A DNA stretch of 64,000 bases from Octopus sinensis (lineage: Eukaryota): NCBI RefSeq assembly GCF_006345805.1, contig NC_042997.1:206894001-206958000 (forward strand), in the 5' to 3' direction. The position numbers and the translations under genes were made by a program. Under the pieces are notes generated by a model that had not been told where the DNA came from, did no database searches, and worked only from the letters and a program-made list of their open reading frames with translations. Positions 1 through 15,000 of the stretch are shown here, piece after piece. Numbering within the stretch: position 1 is the stretch's first letter; every line of letters begins with the position of its first letter.

Positions 1-3000
1 TTTATTGACCATAAACATCACTGGAATTTTGGTTTCAAATTTTGGCAGAAGGCCAGCAATTTCAGGAGAGTGGCTAAGTCAATTACATCAACCCCAGTGC
101 TCAACTGGTACTTATTTTATTGACCATAAACATCACTGGAATTTTGGTTTCAAATTTTGGCACAAGGCCAGCAATTTCAGGAGAGTGTCTAAGTCAATTA
201 CATCAACCCCAGTGCTCAACTGGTACTTATTTTATTGACCATAAACATCACTGGAATTTTGGTTTCAAATTTTGGCACAAGGCCAGCAATTTCAGGAGAG
301 GACTAAGTCAATTACATCAACCCTAGTGCTCAACTGGTACTTATTTTATTGACCATAAACATCACTGGAATTTTGGTTTCAAATTTTGGCACAAGGCCAG
401 CAATTTCAGGAGAGTGGCTAAGTCAATTACATCAACCCCAGTGCTCAACTGGTACTTATTTTATTGACCATAAACATCACTGGAATTTTGGTTTCAAATT
501 TTGGCACAAGGCCAGCAATTTCAGGAGAGTGGCTAAGTCAATTACATCAACCCCAGTGCTCAACTGGTACTTATTTTATTGACCATAAACATCACTGGAA
601 TTTTGGTTTCAAATTTTGGCACAAGGCCAGCAATTTCAGGAGAGTGGCTAAGTCAATTACATCAACCCCAGTGCTCAACTGGTACTTATTTTATTGACCA
701 TAAACATCACTGGAATTTTGGTTTCAAATTTTGGCACAAGGCCAGCAATTTCAGGAGAGTGCTAAGTCAATTACATCAACCCCAGTGCTCAACTGGTACT
801 TATTTTATTGACCATAAACATCACTGGAATTTTGGTTTCAAATTTTGGCACAAGGCCAGCAATTTCAGGAGAGTGCTAAGTCAATTACATCAACCCCAGT
901 GCTCAACTGGTACTTATTTTATTGACCATAAACATCACTGGAATTTTGGTTTCAAATTTTGGCACAAGGCCAGCAATTTCAGGAGAGTGGCTAAGTCAAT
1001 TACATCAACCCCAGTGCTCAACTGGTACTTATTTTATTGACCATAAACATCACTGGAATTTTGGTTTCAAATTTTGGCACAAGGCCAGCAATTTCAGGAG
1101 AGTGGCTAAGTCAATTACATCAACCCCAGTGCTCAACTGGTACTTATTTTATTGACCATAAACATCACTGGAATTTTGGTTTCAAATTTTGGCACAAGGC
1201 CAGCAATTTCAGGAGAGTGTCTAAGTCAATTACATCAACCCCAGTGCTCAACTGGTACTTATTTTATTGACCATAAACATCACTGGAATTTTGGTTTCAA
1301 ATTTTGGCACAAGGCCAGCAATTTCAGGAGAGTGTCTAAGTCAATTACATCAACCCCAGTGCTCAACTGGTACTTATTTTATTGACCATAAACATCACTG
1401 GAATTTTGGTTTCAAATTTTGGCACAAGGCCAGCAATTTCAGGAGAGTGTCTAAGTCAATTACATCAACCCCAGTGCTCAACTGGTACTTATTTTATTGA
1501 CCATAAACATCACTGGAATTTTGGTTTCAAATTTTGGCACAAGGCCAGCAATTTCAGGAGAGTGGTCTAAGTCAATTACATCAACCCCAGTGCTCAACTG
1601 GTACTTATTTTATTGACCATAAACATCACTGGAATTTTGGTTTCAAATTTTGGCACAAGGCCAGCAATTTCAGGAGAGTGTCTAAGTCAATTACATCAAC
1701 CCCAGTGCTCAACTGGTACTTATTTTATTGACCATAAACATCACTGGAATTTTGGTTTCAAATTTTGGCACAAGGCCAGCAATTTCAGGAGAGTGGCTAA
1801 GTCAATTACATCAACCCCAGTGCTCAACTGGTACTTATTTTATTGACCATAAACATCACTGGAATTTTGGTTTCAAATTTTGGCACAAGGCCAGCAATTT
1901 CAGGAGAGTGGCTAAGTCAATTACATCAACCCCAGTGCTCAACTGGTACTTATTTTATTGACCATAAACATCACTGGAATTTTGGTTTCAAATTTTGGCA
2001 CAAGGCCAGCAATTTCAGGAGAGTGGCTAAGTCAATTACATCAACCCCAGTGCTCAACTGGTACTTATTTTATTGACCATAAACATCACTGGAATTTTGG
2101 TTTCAAATTTTGGCACAAGGCCAGCAATTTCAGGAGAGTGGCTAAGTCAATTACATCAACCCCAGTGCTCAACTGGTACTTATTTTATTGACCATAAACA
2201 TCACTGGAATTTTGGTTTCAAATTTTGGCACAAGGCCAGCAATTTCAGGAGAGTGCTAAGTCAATTACATCAACCCCAGTGCTCAACTGGTACTTATTTT
2301 ATTGACCATAAACATCACTGGAATTTTGGTTTCAAATTTTGGCACAAGGCCAGCAATTTCAGGAGAGTGGCTAAGTCAATTACATCAACCCCAGTGCTCA
2401 ACTGGTACTTATTTTATTGACCATAAACATCACTGGAATTTTGGTTTCAAATTTTGGCACAAGGCCAGCAATTTCAGGAGAGTGGCTAAGTCAATTACAT
2501 CAACCCCAGTGCTCAACTGGTACTTATTTTATTGACCATAAACATCACTGGAATTTTGGTTTCAAATTTTGGCACAAGGCCAGCAATTTCAGGAGAGTGT
2601 CTAAGTCAATTACATCAACCCCAGTGCTCAACTGGTACTTATTTTATTGACCATAAACATCACTGGAATTTTGGTTTCAAATTTTGGCACAAGGCCAGCA
2701 ATTTCAGGAGAGTGGCTAAGTCAATTACATCAACCCCAGTGCTCAACTGGTACTTATTTTATTGACCATAAACATCACTGGAATTTTGGTTTCAAATTTT
2801 GGCACAAGGCCAGCAATTTCAGGAGAGTGGCTAAGTCAATTACATCAACCCCAGTGCTCAACTGGTACTTATTTTATTGACCATAAACATCACTGGAATT
2901 TTGGTTTCAAATTTTGGCACAAGGCCAGCAATTTCAGGAGAGTGGCTAAGTCAATTACATCAACCCCAGTGCTCAACTGGTACTTATTTTATTGACCATA

Positions 3001-6000
3001 AACATCACTGGAATTTTGGTTTCAAATTTTGGCACAAGGCCAGCAATTTCAGGAGAGTGTCTAAGTCAATTACATCAACCCCAGTGCTCAACTGGTACTT
3101 ATTTTATTGACCATAAACATCACTGGAATTTTGGTTTCAAATTTTGGCACAAGGCCAGCAATTTCAGGAGAGTGGCTAAGTCAATTACATCAACCCCAGT
3201 GCTCAACTGGTACTTATTTTATTGACCATAAACATCACTGGAATTTTGGTTTCAAATTTTGGCACAAGGCCAGCAATTTCAGGAGAGTGGCTAAGTCAAT
3301 TACATCAACCCCAGTGCTCAACTGGTACTTATTTTATTGACCATAAACATCACTGGAATTTTGGTTTCAAATTTTGGCACAAGGCCAGCAATTTCAGGAG
3401 AGTGGCTAAGTCAATTACATCAACCCCAGTGCTCAACTGGTACTTATTTTATTGACCATAAACATCACTGGAATTTTGGTTTCAAATTTTGGCACAAGGC
3501 CAGCAATTTCAGGAGAGTGTCTAAGTCAATTACATCAACCCCAGTGCTCAACTGGTACTTATTTTATTGACCATAAACATCACTGGAATTTTGGTTTCAA
3601 ATTTTGGCACAAGGCCAGCAATTTCAGGAGAGTGGCTAAGTCAATTACATCAACCCCAGTGCTCAACTGGTACTTATTTTATTGACCATAAACATCACTG
3701 GAATTTTGGTTTCAAATTTTGGCACAAGGCCAGCAATTTCAGGAGAGTGGCTAAGTCAATTACATCAACCCCAGTGCTCAACTGGTACTTATTTTATTGA
3801 CCATAAACATCACTGGAATTTTGGTTTCAAATTTTGGCACAAGGCCAGCAATTTCAGGAGAGTGGCTAAGTCAATTACATCAACCCCAGTGCTCAACTGG
3901 TACTTATTTTATTGACCATAAACATCACTGGAATTTTGGTTTCAAATTTTGGCACAAGGCCAGCAATTTCAGGAGAGTGTCTAAGTCAATTACATCAACC
4001 CCAGTGCTCAACTGGTACTTATTTTATTGACCATAAACATCACTGGAATTTTGGTTTCAAATTTTGGCACAAGGCCAGCAATTTCAGGAGAGTGCTAAGT
4101 CAATTACATCAACCCAGTGCTCAACTGGTACTTATTTTATTGACCATAAACATCACTGGAATTTTGGTTTCAAATTTTGGCACAAGGCCAGCAATTTCAG
4201 GAGAGTGTCTAAGTCAATTACATCAACCCCAGTGCTCAACTGGTACTTATTTTATTGACCATAAACATCACTGGAATTTTGGTTTCAAATTTTGGCACAA
4301 GGCCAGCAATTTCAGGAGAGTGGCTAAGTCAATTACATCAACCCCAGTGCTCAACTGGTACTTATTTTATTGACCATAAACATCACTGGAATTTTGGTTT
4401 CAAATTTTGGCACAAGGCCAGCAATTTCAGGAGAGTGTCTAAGTCAATTACATCAACCCCAGTGCTCAACTGGTACTTATTTTATTGACCATAAACATCA
4501 CTGGAATTTTGGTTTCAAATTTTGGCACAAGGCCAGCAATTTCAGGAGAGTGTCTAAGTCAATTACATCAACCCCAGTGCTCAACTGGTACTTATTTTAT
4601 TGACCATAAACATCACTGGAATTTTGGTTTCAAATTTTGGCACAAGGCCAGCAATTTCAGGAGAGTGTCTAAGTCAATTACATCAACCCCAGTGCTCAAC
4701 TGGTACTTATTTTATTGACCATAAACATCACTGGAATTTTGGTTTCAAATTTTGGCACAAGGCCAGCAATTTCAGGAGAGTGCTAAGTCAATTACATCAA
4801 CCCCAGTGCTCAACTGGTACTTATTTTATTGACCATAAACATCACTGGAATTTTGGTTTCAAATTTTGGCACAAGGCCAGCAATTTCAGGAGAGTGTCTA
4901 AGTCAATTACATCAACCCCAGTGCTCAACTGGTACTTATTTTATTGACCATAAACATCACTGGAATTTTGGTTTCAAATTTTGGCACAAGGCCAGCAATT
5001 TCAGGAGAGTGGCTAAGTCAATTACATCAACCCCAGTGCTCAACTGGTACTTATTTTATTGACCATAAACATCACTGGAATTTTGGTTTCAAATTTTGGC
5101 ACAAGGCCAGCAATTTCAGGAGAGTGTCTAAGTCAATTACATCAACCCCAGTGCTCAACTGGTACTTATTTTATTGACCATAAACATCACTGGAATTTTG
5201 GTTTCAAATTTTGGCACAAGGCCAGCAATTTCAGGAGAGTGGTCTAAGTCAATTACATCAACCCCAGTGCTCAACTGGTACTTATTTTATTGACCATAAA
5301 CATCACTGGAATTTTGGTTTCAAATTTTGGCACAAGGCCAGCAATTTCAGGAGAGTGGCTAAGTCAATTACATCAACCCCAGTGCTCAACTGGTACTTAT
5401 TTTATTGACCATAAACATCACTGGAATTTTGGTTTCAAATTTTGGCACAAGGCCAGCAATTTCAGGAGAGTGGCTAAGTCAATTACATCAACCCCAGTGC
5501 TCAACTGGTACTTATTTTATTGACCATAAACATCACTGGAATTTTGGTTTCAAATTTTGGCACAAGGCCAGCAATTTCAGGAGAGTGCTAAGTCAATTAC
5601 ATCAACCCCAGTGCTCAACTGGTACTTATTTTATTGACCATAAACATCACTGGAATTTTGGTTTCAAATTTTGGCACAAGGCCAGCAATTTCAGGAGAGT
5701 GCTAAGTCAATTACATCAACCCCAGTGCTCAACTGGTACTTATTTTATTGACCATAAACATCACTGGAATTTTGGTTTCAAATTTTGGCACAAGGCCAGC
5801 AATTTCAGGAGAGTGCTAAGTCAATTACATCAACCCCAGTGCTCAACTGGTACTTATTTTATTGACCATAAACATCACTGGAATTTTGGTTTCAAATTTT
5901 GGCACAAGGCCAGCAATTTCAGGAGAGTGTCTAAGTCAATTACATCAACCCCAGTGCTCAACTGGTACTTATTTTATTGACCATAAACATCACTGGAATT

Positions 6001-9000
6001 TTGGTTTCAAATTTTGGCACAAGGCCAGCAATTTCAGGAGAGTGTCTAAGTCAATTACATCAACCCCAGTGCTCAACTGGTACTTATTTTATTGACCATA
6101 AACATCACTGGAATTTTGGTTTCAAATTTTGGCACAAGGCCAGCAATTTCAGGAGAGTGGCTAAGTCAATTACATCAACCCCAGTGCTCAACTGGTACTT
6201 ATTTTATTGACCATAAACATCACTGGAATTTTGGTTTCAAATTTTGGCACAAGGCCAGCAATTTCAGGAGAGTGCTAAGTCAATTACATCAACCCCAGTG
6301 CTCAACTGGTACTTATTTTATTGACCATAAACATCACTGGAATTTTGGTTTCAAATTTTGGCACAAGGCCAGCAATTTCAGGAGAGTGGCTAAGTCAATT
6401 ACATCAACCCCAGTGCTCAACTGGTACTTATTTTATTGACCATAAACATCACTGGAATTTTGGTTTCAAATTTTGGCACAAGGCCAGCAATTTCAGGAGA
6501 GTGGCTAAGTCAATTACATCAACCCCAGTGCTCAACTGGTACTTATTTTATTGACCATAAACATCACTGGAATTTTGGTTTCAAATTTTGGCACAAGGCC
6601 AGCAATTTCAGGAGAGTGTCTAAGTCAATTACATCAACCCCAGTGCTCAACTGGTACTTATTTTATTGACCATAAACATCACTGGAATTTTGGTTTCAAA
6701 TTTTGGCACAAGGCCAGCAATTTCAGGAGAGTGCTAAGTCAATTACATCAACCCCAGTGCTCAACTGGTACTTATTTTATTGACCATAAACATCACTGGA
6801 ATTTTGGTTTCAAATTTTGGCACAAGGCCAGCAATTTCAGGAGAGTGTCTAAGTCAATTACATCAACCCCAGTGCTCAACTGGTACTTATTTTATTGACC
6901 ATAAACATCACTGGAATTTTGGTTTCAAATTTTGGCACAAGGCCAGCAATTTCAGGAGAGTGGCTAAGTCAATTACATCAACCCCAGTGCTCAACTGGTA
7001 CTTATTTTATTGACCATAAACATCACTGGAATTTTGGTTTCAAATTTTGGCACAAGGCCAGCAATTTCAGGAGAGTGTCTAAGTCAATTACATCAACCCC
7101 AGTGCTCAACTGGTACTTATTTTATTGACCATAAACATCACTGGAATTTTGGTTTCAAATTTTGGCACAAGGCCAGCAATTTCAGGAGAGTGGCTAAGTC
7201 AATTACATCAACCCCAGTGCTCAACTGGTACTTATTTTATTGACCATAAACATCACTGGAATTTTGGTTTCAAATTTTGGCACAAGGCCAGCAATTTCAG
7301 GAGAGTGGCTAAGTCAATTACATCAACCCCAGTGCTCAACTGGTACTTATTTTATTGACCATAAACATCACTGGAATTTTGGTTTCAAATTTTGGCACAA
7401 GGCCAGCAATTTCAGGAGAGTGTCTAAGTCAATTACATCAACCCCAGTGCTCAACTGGTACTTATTTTATTGACCATAAACATCACTGGAATTTTGGTTT
7501 CAAATTTTGGCACAAGGCCAGCAATTTCAGGAGAGTGGCTAAGTCAATTACATCAACCCCAGTGCTCAACTGGTACTTATTTTATTGACCATAAACATCA
7601 CTGGAATTTTGGTTTCAAATTTTGGCACAAGGCCAGCAATTTCAGGAGAGTGTCTAAGTCAATTACATCAACCCCAGTGCTCAACTGGTACTTATTTTAT
7701 TGACCATAAACATCACTGGAATTTTGGTTTCAAATTTTGGCACAAGGCCAGCAATTTCAGGAGAGTGTCTAAGTCAATTACATCAACCCCAGTGCTCAAC
7801 TGGTACTTATTTTATTGACCATAAACATCACTGGAATTTTGGTTTCAAATTTTGGCACAAGGCCAGCAATTTCAGGAGAGTGTCTAAGTCAATTACATCA
7901 ACCCCAGTGCTCAACTGGTACTTATTTTATTGACCATAAACATCACTGGAATTTTGGTTTCAAATTTTGGCACAAGGCCAGCAATTTCAGGAGAGTGGCT
8001 AAGTCAATTACATCAACCCCAGTGCTCAACTGGTACTTATTTTATTGACCATAAACATCACTGGAATTTTGGTTTCAAATTTTGGCACAAGGCCAGCAAT
8101 TTCAGGAGAGTGCTAAGTCAATTACATCAACCCCAGTGCTCAACTGGTACTTATTTTATTGACCATAAACATCACTGGAATTTTGGTTTCAAATTTTGGC
8201 ACAAGGCCAGCAATTTCAGGAGAGTGGCTAAGTCAATTACATCAACCCCAGTGCTCAACTGGTACTTATTTTATTGACCATAAACATCACTGGAATTTTG
8301 GTTTCAAATTTTGGCACAAGGCCAGCAATTTCAGGAGAGGCTAAGTCAATTACATCAACCCCAGTGCTCAACTGGTACTTATTTTATTGACCATAAACAT
8401 CACTGGAATTTTGGTTTCAAATTTTGGCACAAGGCCAGCAATTTCAGGAGAGTGTCTAAGTCAATTACATCAACCCCAGTGCTCAACTGGTACTTATTTT
8501 ATTGACCATAAACATCACTGGAATTTTGGTTTCAAATTTTGGCACAAGGCCAGCAATTTCAGGAGAGTGCTAAGTCAATTACATCAACCCCAGTGCTCAA
8601 CTGGTACTTATTTTATTGACCATAAACATCACTGGAATTTTGGTTTCAAATTTTGGCACAAGGCCAGCAATTTCAGGAGAGTGCTAAGTCAATTACATCA
8701 ACCCCAGTGCTCAACTGGTACTTATTTTATTGACCATAAACATCACTGGAATTTTGGTTTCAAATTTTGGCACAAGGCCAGCAATTTCAGGAGAGTGCTA
8801 AGTCAATTACATCAACCCCAGTGCTCAACTGGTACTTATTTTATTGACCATAAACATCACTGGAATTTTGGTTTCAAATTTTGGCACAAGGCCAGCAATT
8901 TCAGGAGAGTGCTAAGTCAATTACATCAACCCCAGTGCTCAACTGGTACTTATTTTATTGACCATAAACATCACTGGAATTTTGGTTTCAAATTTTGGCA

Positions 9001-12000
9001 CAAGGCCAGCAATTTCAGGAGAGTGGCTAAGTCAATTACATCAACCCCAGTGCTCAACTGGTACTTATTTTATTGACCATAAACATCACTGGAATTTTGG
9101 TTTCAAATTTTGGCACAAGGCCAGCAATTTCAGGAGAGTGCTAAGTCAATTACATCAACCCCAGTGCTCAACTGGTACTTATTTTATTGACCATAAACAT
9201 CACTGGAATTTTGGTTTCAAATTTTGGCACAAGGCCAGCAATTTCAGGAGAGGCTAAGTCAATTACATCAACCCCAGTGCTCAACTGGTACTTATTTTAT
9301 TGACCATAAACATCACTGGAATTTTGGTTTCAAATTTTGGCACAAGGCCAGCAATTTCAGGAGAGTGGCTAAGTCAATTACATCAACCCCAGTGCTCAAC
9401 TGGTACTTATTTTATTGACCATAAACATCACTGGAATTTTGGTTTCAAATTTTGGCACAAGGCCAGCAATTTCAGGAGAGTGGCTAAGTCAATTACATCA
9501 ACCCCAGTGCTCAACTGGTACTTATTTTATTGACCATAAACATCACTGGAATTTTGGTTTCAAATTTTGGCACAAGGCCAGCAATTTCAGGAGAGTGGCT
9601 AAGTCAATTACATCAACCCCAGTGCTCAACTGGTACTTATTTTATTGACCATAAACATCACTGGAATTTTGGTTTCAAATTTTGGCACAAGGCCAGCAAT
9701 TTCAGGAGAGTGGCTAAGTCAATTACATCAACCCCAGTGCTCAACTGGTACTTATTTTATTGACCATAAACATCACTGGAATTTTGGTTTCAAATTTTGG
9801 CACAAGGCCAGCAATTTCAGGAGAGTCTAAGTCAATTACATCAACCCCAGTGCTCAACTGGTACTTATTTTATTGACCATAAACATCACTGGAATTTTGG
9901 TTTCAAATTTTGGCACAAGGCCAGCAATTTCAGGAGAGTGGCTAAGTCAATTACATCAACCCCAGTGCTCAACTGGTACTTATTTTATTGACCATAAACA
10001 TCACTGGAATTTTGGTTTCAAATTTTGGCACAAGGCCAGCAATTTCAGGAGAGTGCTAAGTCAATTACATCAACCCCAGTGCTCAACTGGTACTTATTTT
10101 ATTGACCATAAACATCACTGGAATTTTGGTTTCAAATTTTGGCACAAGGCCAGCAATTTCAGGAGAGTGGCTAAGTCAATTACATCAACCCCAGTGCTCA
10201 ACTGGTACTTATTTTATTGACCATAAACATCACTGGAATTTTGGTTTCAAATTTTGGCACAAGGCCAGCAATTTCAGGAGAGTGCTAAGTCAATTACATC
10301 AACCCCAGTGCTCAACTGGTACTTATTTTATTGACCATAAACATCACTGGAATTTTGGTTTCAAATTTTGGCACAAGGCCAGCAATTTCAGGAGAGTGGC
10401 TAAGTCAATTACATCAACCCCAGTGCTCAACTGGTACTTATTTTATTGACCATAAACATCACTGGAATTTTGGTTTCAAATTTTGGCACAAGGCCAGCAA
10501 TTTCAGGAGAGTGCTAAGTCAATTACATCAACCCCAGTGCTCAACTGGTACTTATTTTATTGACCATAAACATCACTGGAATTTTGGTTTCAAATTTTGG
10601 CACAAGGCCAGCAATTTCAGGAGAGTGTCTAAGTCAATTACATCAACCCCAGTGCTCAACTGGTACTTATTTTATTGACCATAAACATCACTGGAATTTT
10701 GGTTTCAAATTTTGGCACAAGGCCAGCAATTTCAGGAGAGTGGCTAAGTCAATTACATCAACCCCAGTGCTCAACTGGTACTTATTTTATTGACCATAAA
10801 CATCACTGGAATTTTGGTTTCAAATTTTGGCACAAGGCCAGCAATTTCAGGAGAGTGTCTAAGTCAATTACATCAACCCCAGTGCTCAACTGGTACTTAT
10901 TTTATTGACCATAAACATCACTGGAATTTTGGTTTCAAATTTTGGCACAAGGCCAGCAATTTCAGGAGAGTGTCTAAGTCAATTACATCAACCCCAGTGC
11001 TCAACTGGTACTTATTTTATTGACCATAAACATCACTGGAATTTTGGTTTCAAATTTTGGCACAAGGCCAGCAATTTCAGGAGAGTGCTAAGTCAATTAC
11101 ATCAACCCCAGTGCTCAACTGGTACTTATTTTATTGACCATAAACATCACTGGAATTTTGGTTTCAAATTTTGGCACAAGGCCAGCAATTTCAGGAGAGT
11201 GGCTAAGTCAATTACATCAACCCCAGTGCTCAACTGGTACTTATTTTATTGACCATAAACATCACTGGAATTTTGGTTTCAAATTTTGGCACAAGGCCAG
11301 CAATTTCAGGAGAGTGTCTAAGTCAATTACATCAACCCCAGTGCTCAACTGGTACTTATTTTATTGACCATAAACATCACTGGAATTTTGGTTTCAAATT
11401 TTGGCACAAGGCCAGCAATTTCAGGAGAGTGCTAAGTCAATTACATCAACCCCAGTGCTCAACTGGTACTTATTTTATTGACCATAAACATCACTGGAAT
11501 TTTGGTTTCAAATTTTGGCACAAGGCCAGCAATTTCAGGAGAGTGGCTAAGTCAATTACATCAACCCCAGTGCTCAACTGGTACTTATTTTATTGACCAT
11601 AAACATCACTGGAATTTTGGTTTCAAATTTTGGCACAAGGCCAGCAATTTCAGGAGAGTGGCTAAGTCAATTACATCAACCCCAGTGCTCAACTGGTACT
11701 TATTTTATTGACCATAAACATCACTGGAATTTTGGTTTCAAATTTTGGCACAAGGCCAGCAATTTCAGGAGAGTGGCTAAGTCAATTACATCAACCCCAG
11801 TGCTCAACTGGTACTTATTTTATTGACCATAAACATCACTGGAATTTTGGTTTCAAATTTTGGCACAAGGCCAGCAATTTCAGGAGAGTGGCTAAGTCAA
11901 TTACATCAACCCCAGTGCTCAACTGGTACTTATTTTATTGACCATAAACATCACTGGAATTTTGGTTTCAAATTTTGGCACAAGGCCAGCAATTTCAGGA

Positions 12001-15000
12001 GAGTGCTAAGTCAATTACATCAACCCCAGTGCTCAACTGGTACTTATTTTATTGACCATAAACATCACTGGAATTTTGGTTTCAAATTTTGGCACAAGGC
12101 CAGCAATTTCAGGAGAGTGTCTAAGTCAATTACATCAACCCCAGTGCTCAACTGGTACTTATTTTATTGACCATAAACATCACTGGAATTTTGGTTTCAA
12201 ATTTTGGCACAAGGCCAGCAATTTCAGGAGAGTGTCTAAGTCAATTACATCAACCCCAGTGCTCAACTGGTACTTATTTTATTGACCATAAACATCACTG
12301 GAATTTTGGTTTCAAATTTTGGCACAAGGCCAGCAATTTCAGGAGAGTGGCTAAGTCAATTACATCAACCCCAGTGCTCAACTGGTACTTATTTTATTGA
12401 CCATAAACATCACTGGAATTTTGGTTTCAAATTTTGGCACAAGGCCAGCAATTTCAGGAGAGTGGCTAAGTCAATTACATCAACCCCAGTGCTCAACTGG
12501 TACTTATTTTATTGACCATAAACATCACTGGAATTTTGGTTTCAAATTTTGGCACAAGGCCAGCAATTTCAGGAGAGTGGCTAAGTCAATTACATCAACC
12601 CCAGTGCTCAACTGGTACTTATTTTATTGACCATAAACATCACTGGAATTTTGGTTTCAAATTTTGGCACAAGGCCAGCAATTTCAGGAGAGTGCTAAGT
12701 CAATTACATCAACCCCAGTGCTCAACTGGTACTTATTTTATTGACCATAAACATCACTGGAATTTTGGTTTCAAATTTTGGCACAAGGCCAGCAATTTCA
12801 GGAGAGTGGCTAAGTCAATTACATCAACCCCAGTGCTCAACTGGTACTTATTTTATTGACCATAAACATCACTGGAATTTTGGTTTCAAATTTTGGCACA
12901 AGGCCAGCAATTTCAGGAGAGTGGCTAAGTCAATTACATCAACCCCAGTGCTCAACTGGTACTTATTTTATTGACCATAAACATCACTGGAATTTTGGTT
13001 TCAAATTTTGGCACAAGGCCAGCAATTTCAGGAGAGTGGCTAAGTCAATTACATCAACCCCAGTGCTCAACTGGTACTTATTTTATTGACCATAAACATC
13101 ACTGGAATTTTGGTTTCAAATTTTGGCACAAGGCCAGCAATTTCAGGAGAGTGCTAAGTCAATTACATCAACCCCAGTGCTCAACTGGTACTTATTTTAT
13201 TGACCATAAACATCACTGGAATTTTGGTTTCAAATTTTGGCACAAGGCCAGCAATTTCAGGAGAGTGGCTAAGTCAATTACATCAACCCCAGTGCTCAAC
13301 TGGTACTTATTTTATTGACCATAAACATCACTGGAATTTTGGTTTCAAATTTTGGCACAAGGCCAGCAATTTCAGGAGAGTGTCTAAGTCAATTACATCA
13401 ACCCCAGTGCTCAACTGGTACTTATTTTATTGACCATAAACATCACTGGAATTTTGGTTTCAAATTTTGGCACAAGGCCAGCAATTTCAGGAGAGTGCTA
13501 AGTCAATTACATCAACCCCAGTGCTCAACTGGTACTTATTTTATTGACCATAAACATCACTGGAATTTTGGTTTCAAATTTTGGCACAAGGCCAGCAATT
13601 TCAGGAGAGTGGCTAAGTCAATTACATCAACCCCAGTGCTCAACTGGTACTTATTTTATTGACCATAAACATCACTGGAATTTTGGTTTCAAATTTTGGC
13701 ACAAGGCCAGCAATTTCAGGAGAGTGGCTAAGTCAATTACATCAACCCCAGTGCTCAACTGGTACTTATTTTATTGACCATAAACATCACTGGAATTTTG
13801 GTTTCAAATTTTGGCACAAGGCCAGCAATTTCAGGAGAGTGGCTAAGTCAATTACATCAACCCCAGTGCTCAACTGGTACTTATTTTATTGACCATAAAC
13901 ATCACTGGAATTTTGGTTTCAAATTTTGGCACAAGGCCAGCAATTTCAGGAGAGTGGCTAAGTCAATTACATCAACCCCAGTGCTCAACTGGTACTTATT
14001 TTATTGACCATAAACATCACTGGAATTTTGGTTTCAAATTTTGGCACAAGGCCAGCAATTTCAGGAGAGTGGCTAAGTCAATTACATCAACCCCAGTGCT
14101 CAACTGGTACTTATTTTATTGACCATAAACATCACTGGAATTTTGGTTTCAAATTTTGGCACAAGGCCAGCAATTTCAGGAGAGTGGCTAAGTCAATTAC
14201 ATCAACCCCAGTGCTCAACTGGTACTTATTTTATTGACCATAAACATCACTGGAATTTTGGTTTCAAATTTTGGCACAAGGCCAGCAATTTCAGGAGAGT
14301 GTCTAAGTCAATTACATCAACCCCAGTGCTCAACTGGTACTTATTTTATTGACCATAAACATCACTGGAATTTTGGTTTCAAATTTTGGCACAAGGCCAG
14401 CAATTTCAGGAGAGTGTCTAAGTCAATTACATCAACCCAGTGCTCAACTGGTACTTATTTTATTGACCATAAACATCACTGGAATTTTGGTTTAAATTTT
14501 GGCACAAGGCCAGCAATTTCAGGAGAGTGGTCTAAGTCAATTACATCAACCCCAGTGCTCAACTGGTACTTATTTTATTGACCATAAACATCACTGGAAT
14601 TTTGGTTTCAAATTTTGGCACAAGGCCAGCAATTTCAGGAGAGTGGCTAAGTCAATTACATCAACCCCAGTGCTCAACTGGTACTTATTTTATTGACCAT
14701 AAACATCACTGGAATTTTGGTTTCAAATTTTGGCACAAGGCCAGCAATTTCAGGAGAGTGGCTAAGTCAATTACATCAACCCCAGTGCTCAACTGGTACT
14801 TATTTTATTGACCATAAACATCACTGGAATTTTGGTTTCAAATTTTGGCACAAGGCCAGCAATTTCAGGAGAGTGCTAAGTCAATTACATCAACCCCAGT
14901 GCTCAACTGGTACTTATTTTATTGACCATAAACATCACTGGAATTTTGGTTTCAAATTTTGGCACAAGGCCAGCAATTTCAGGAGAGTGTCTAAGTCAAT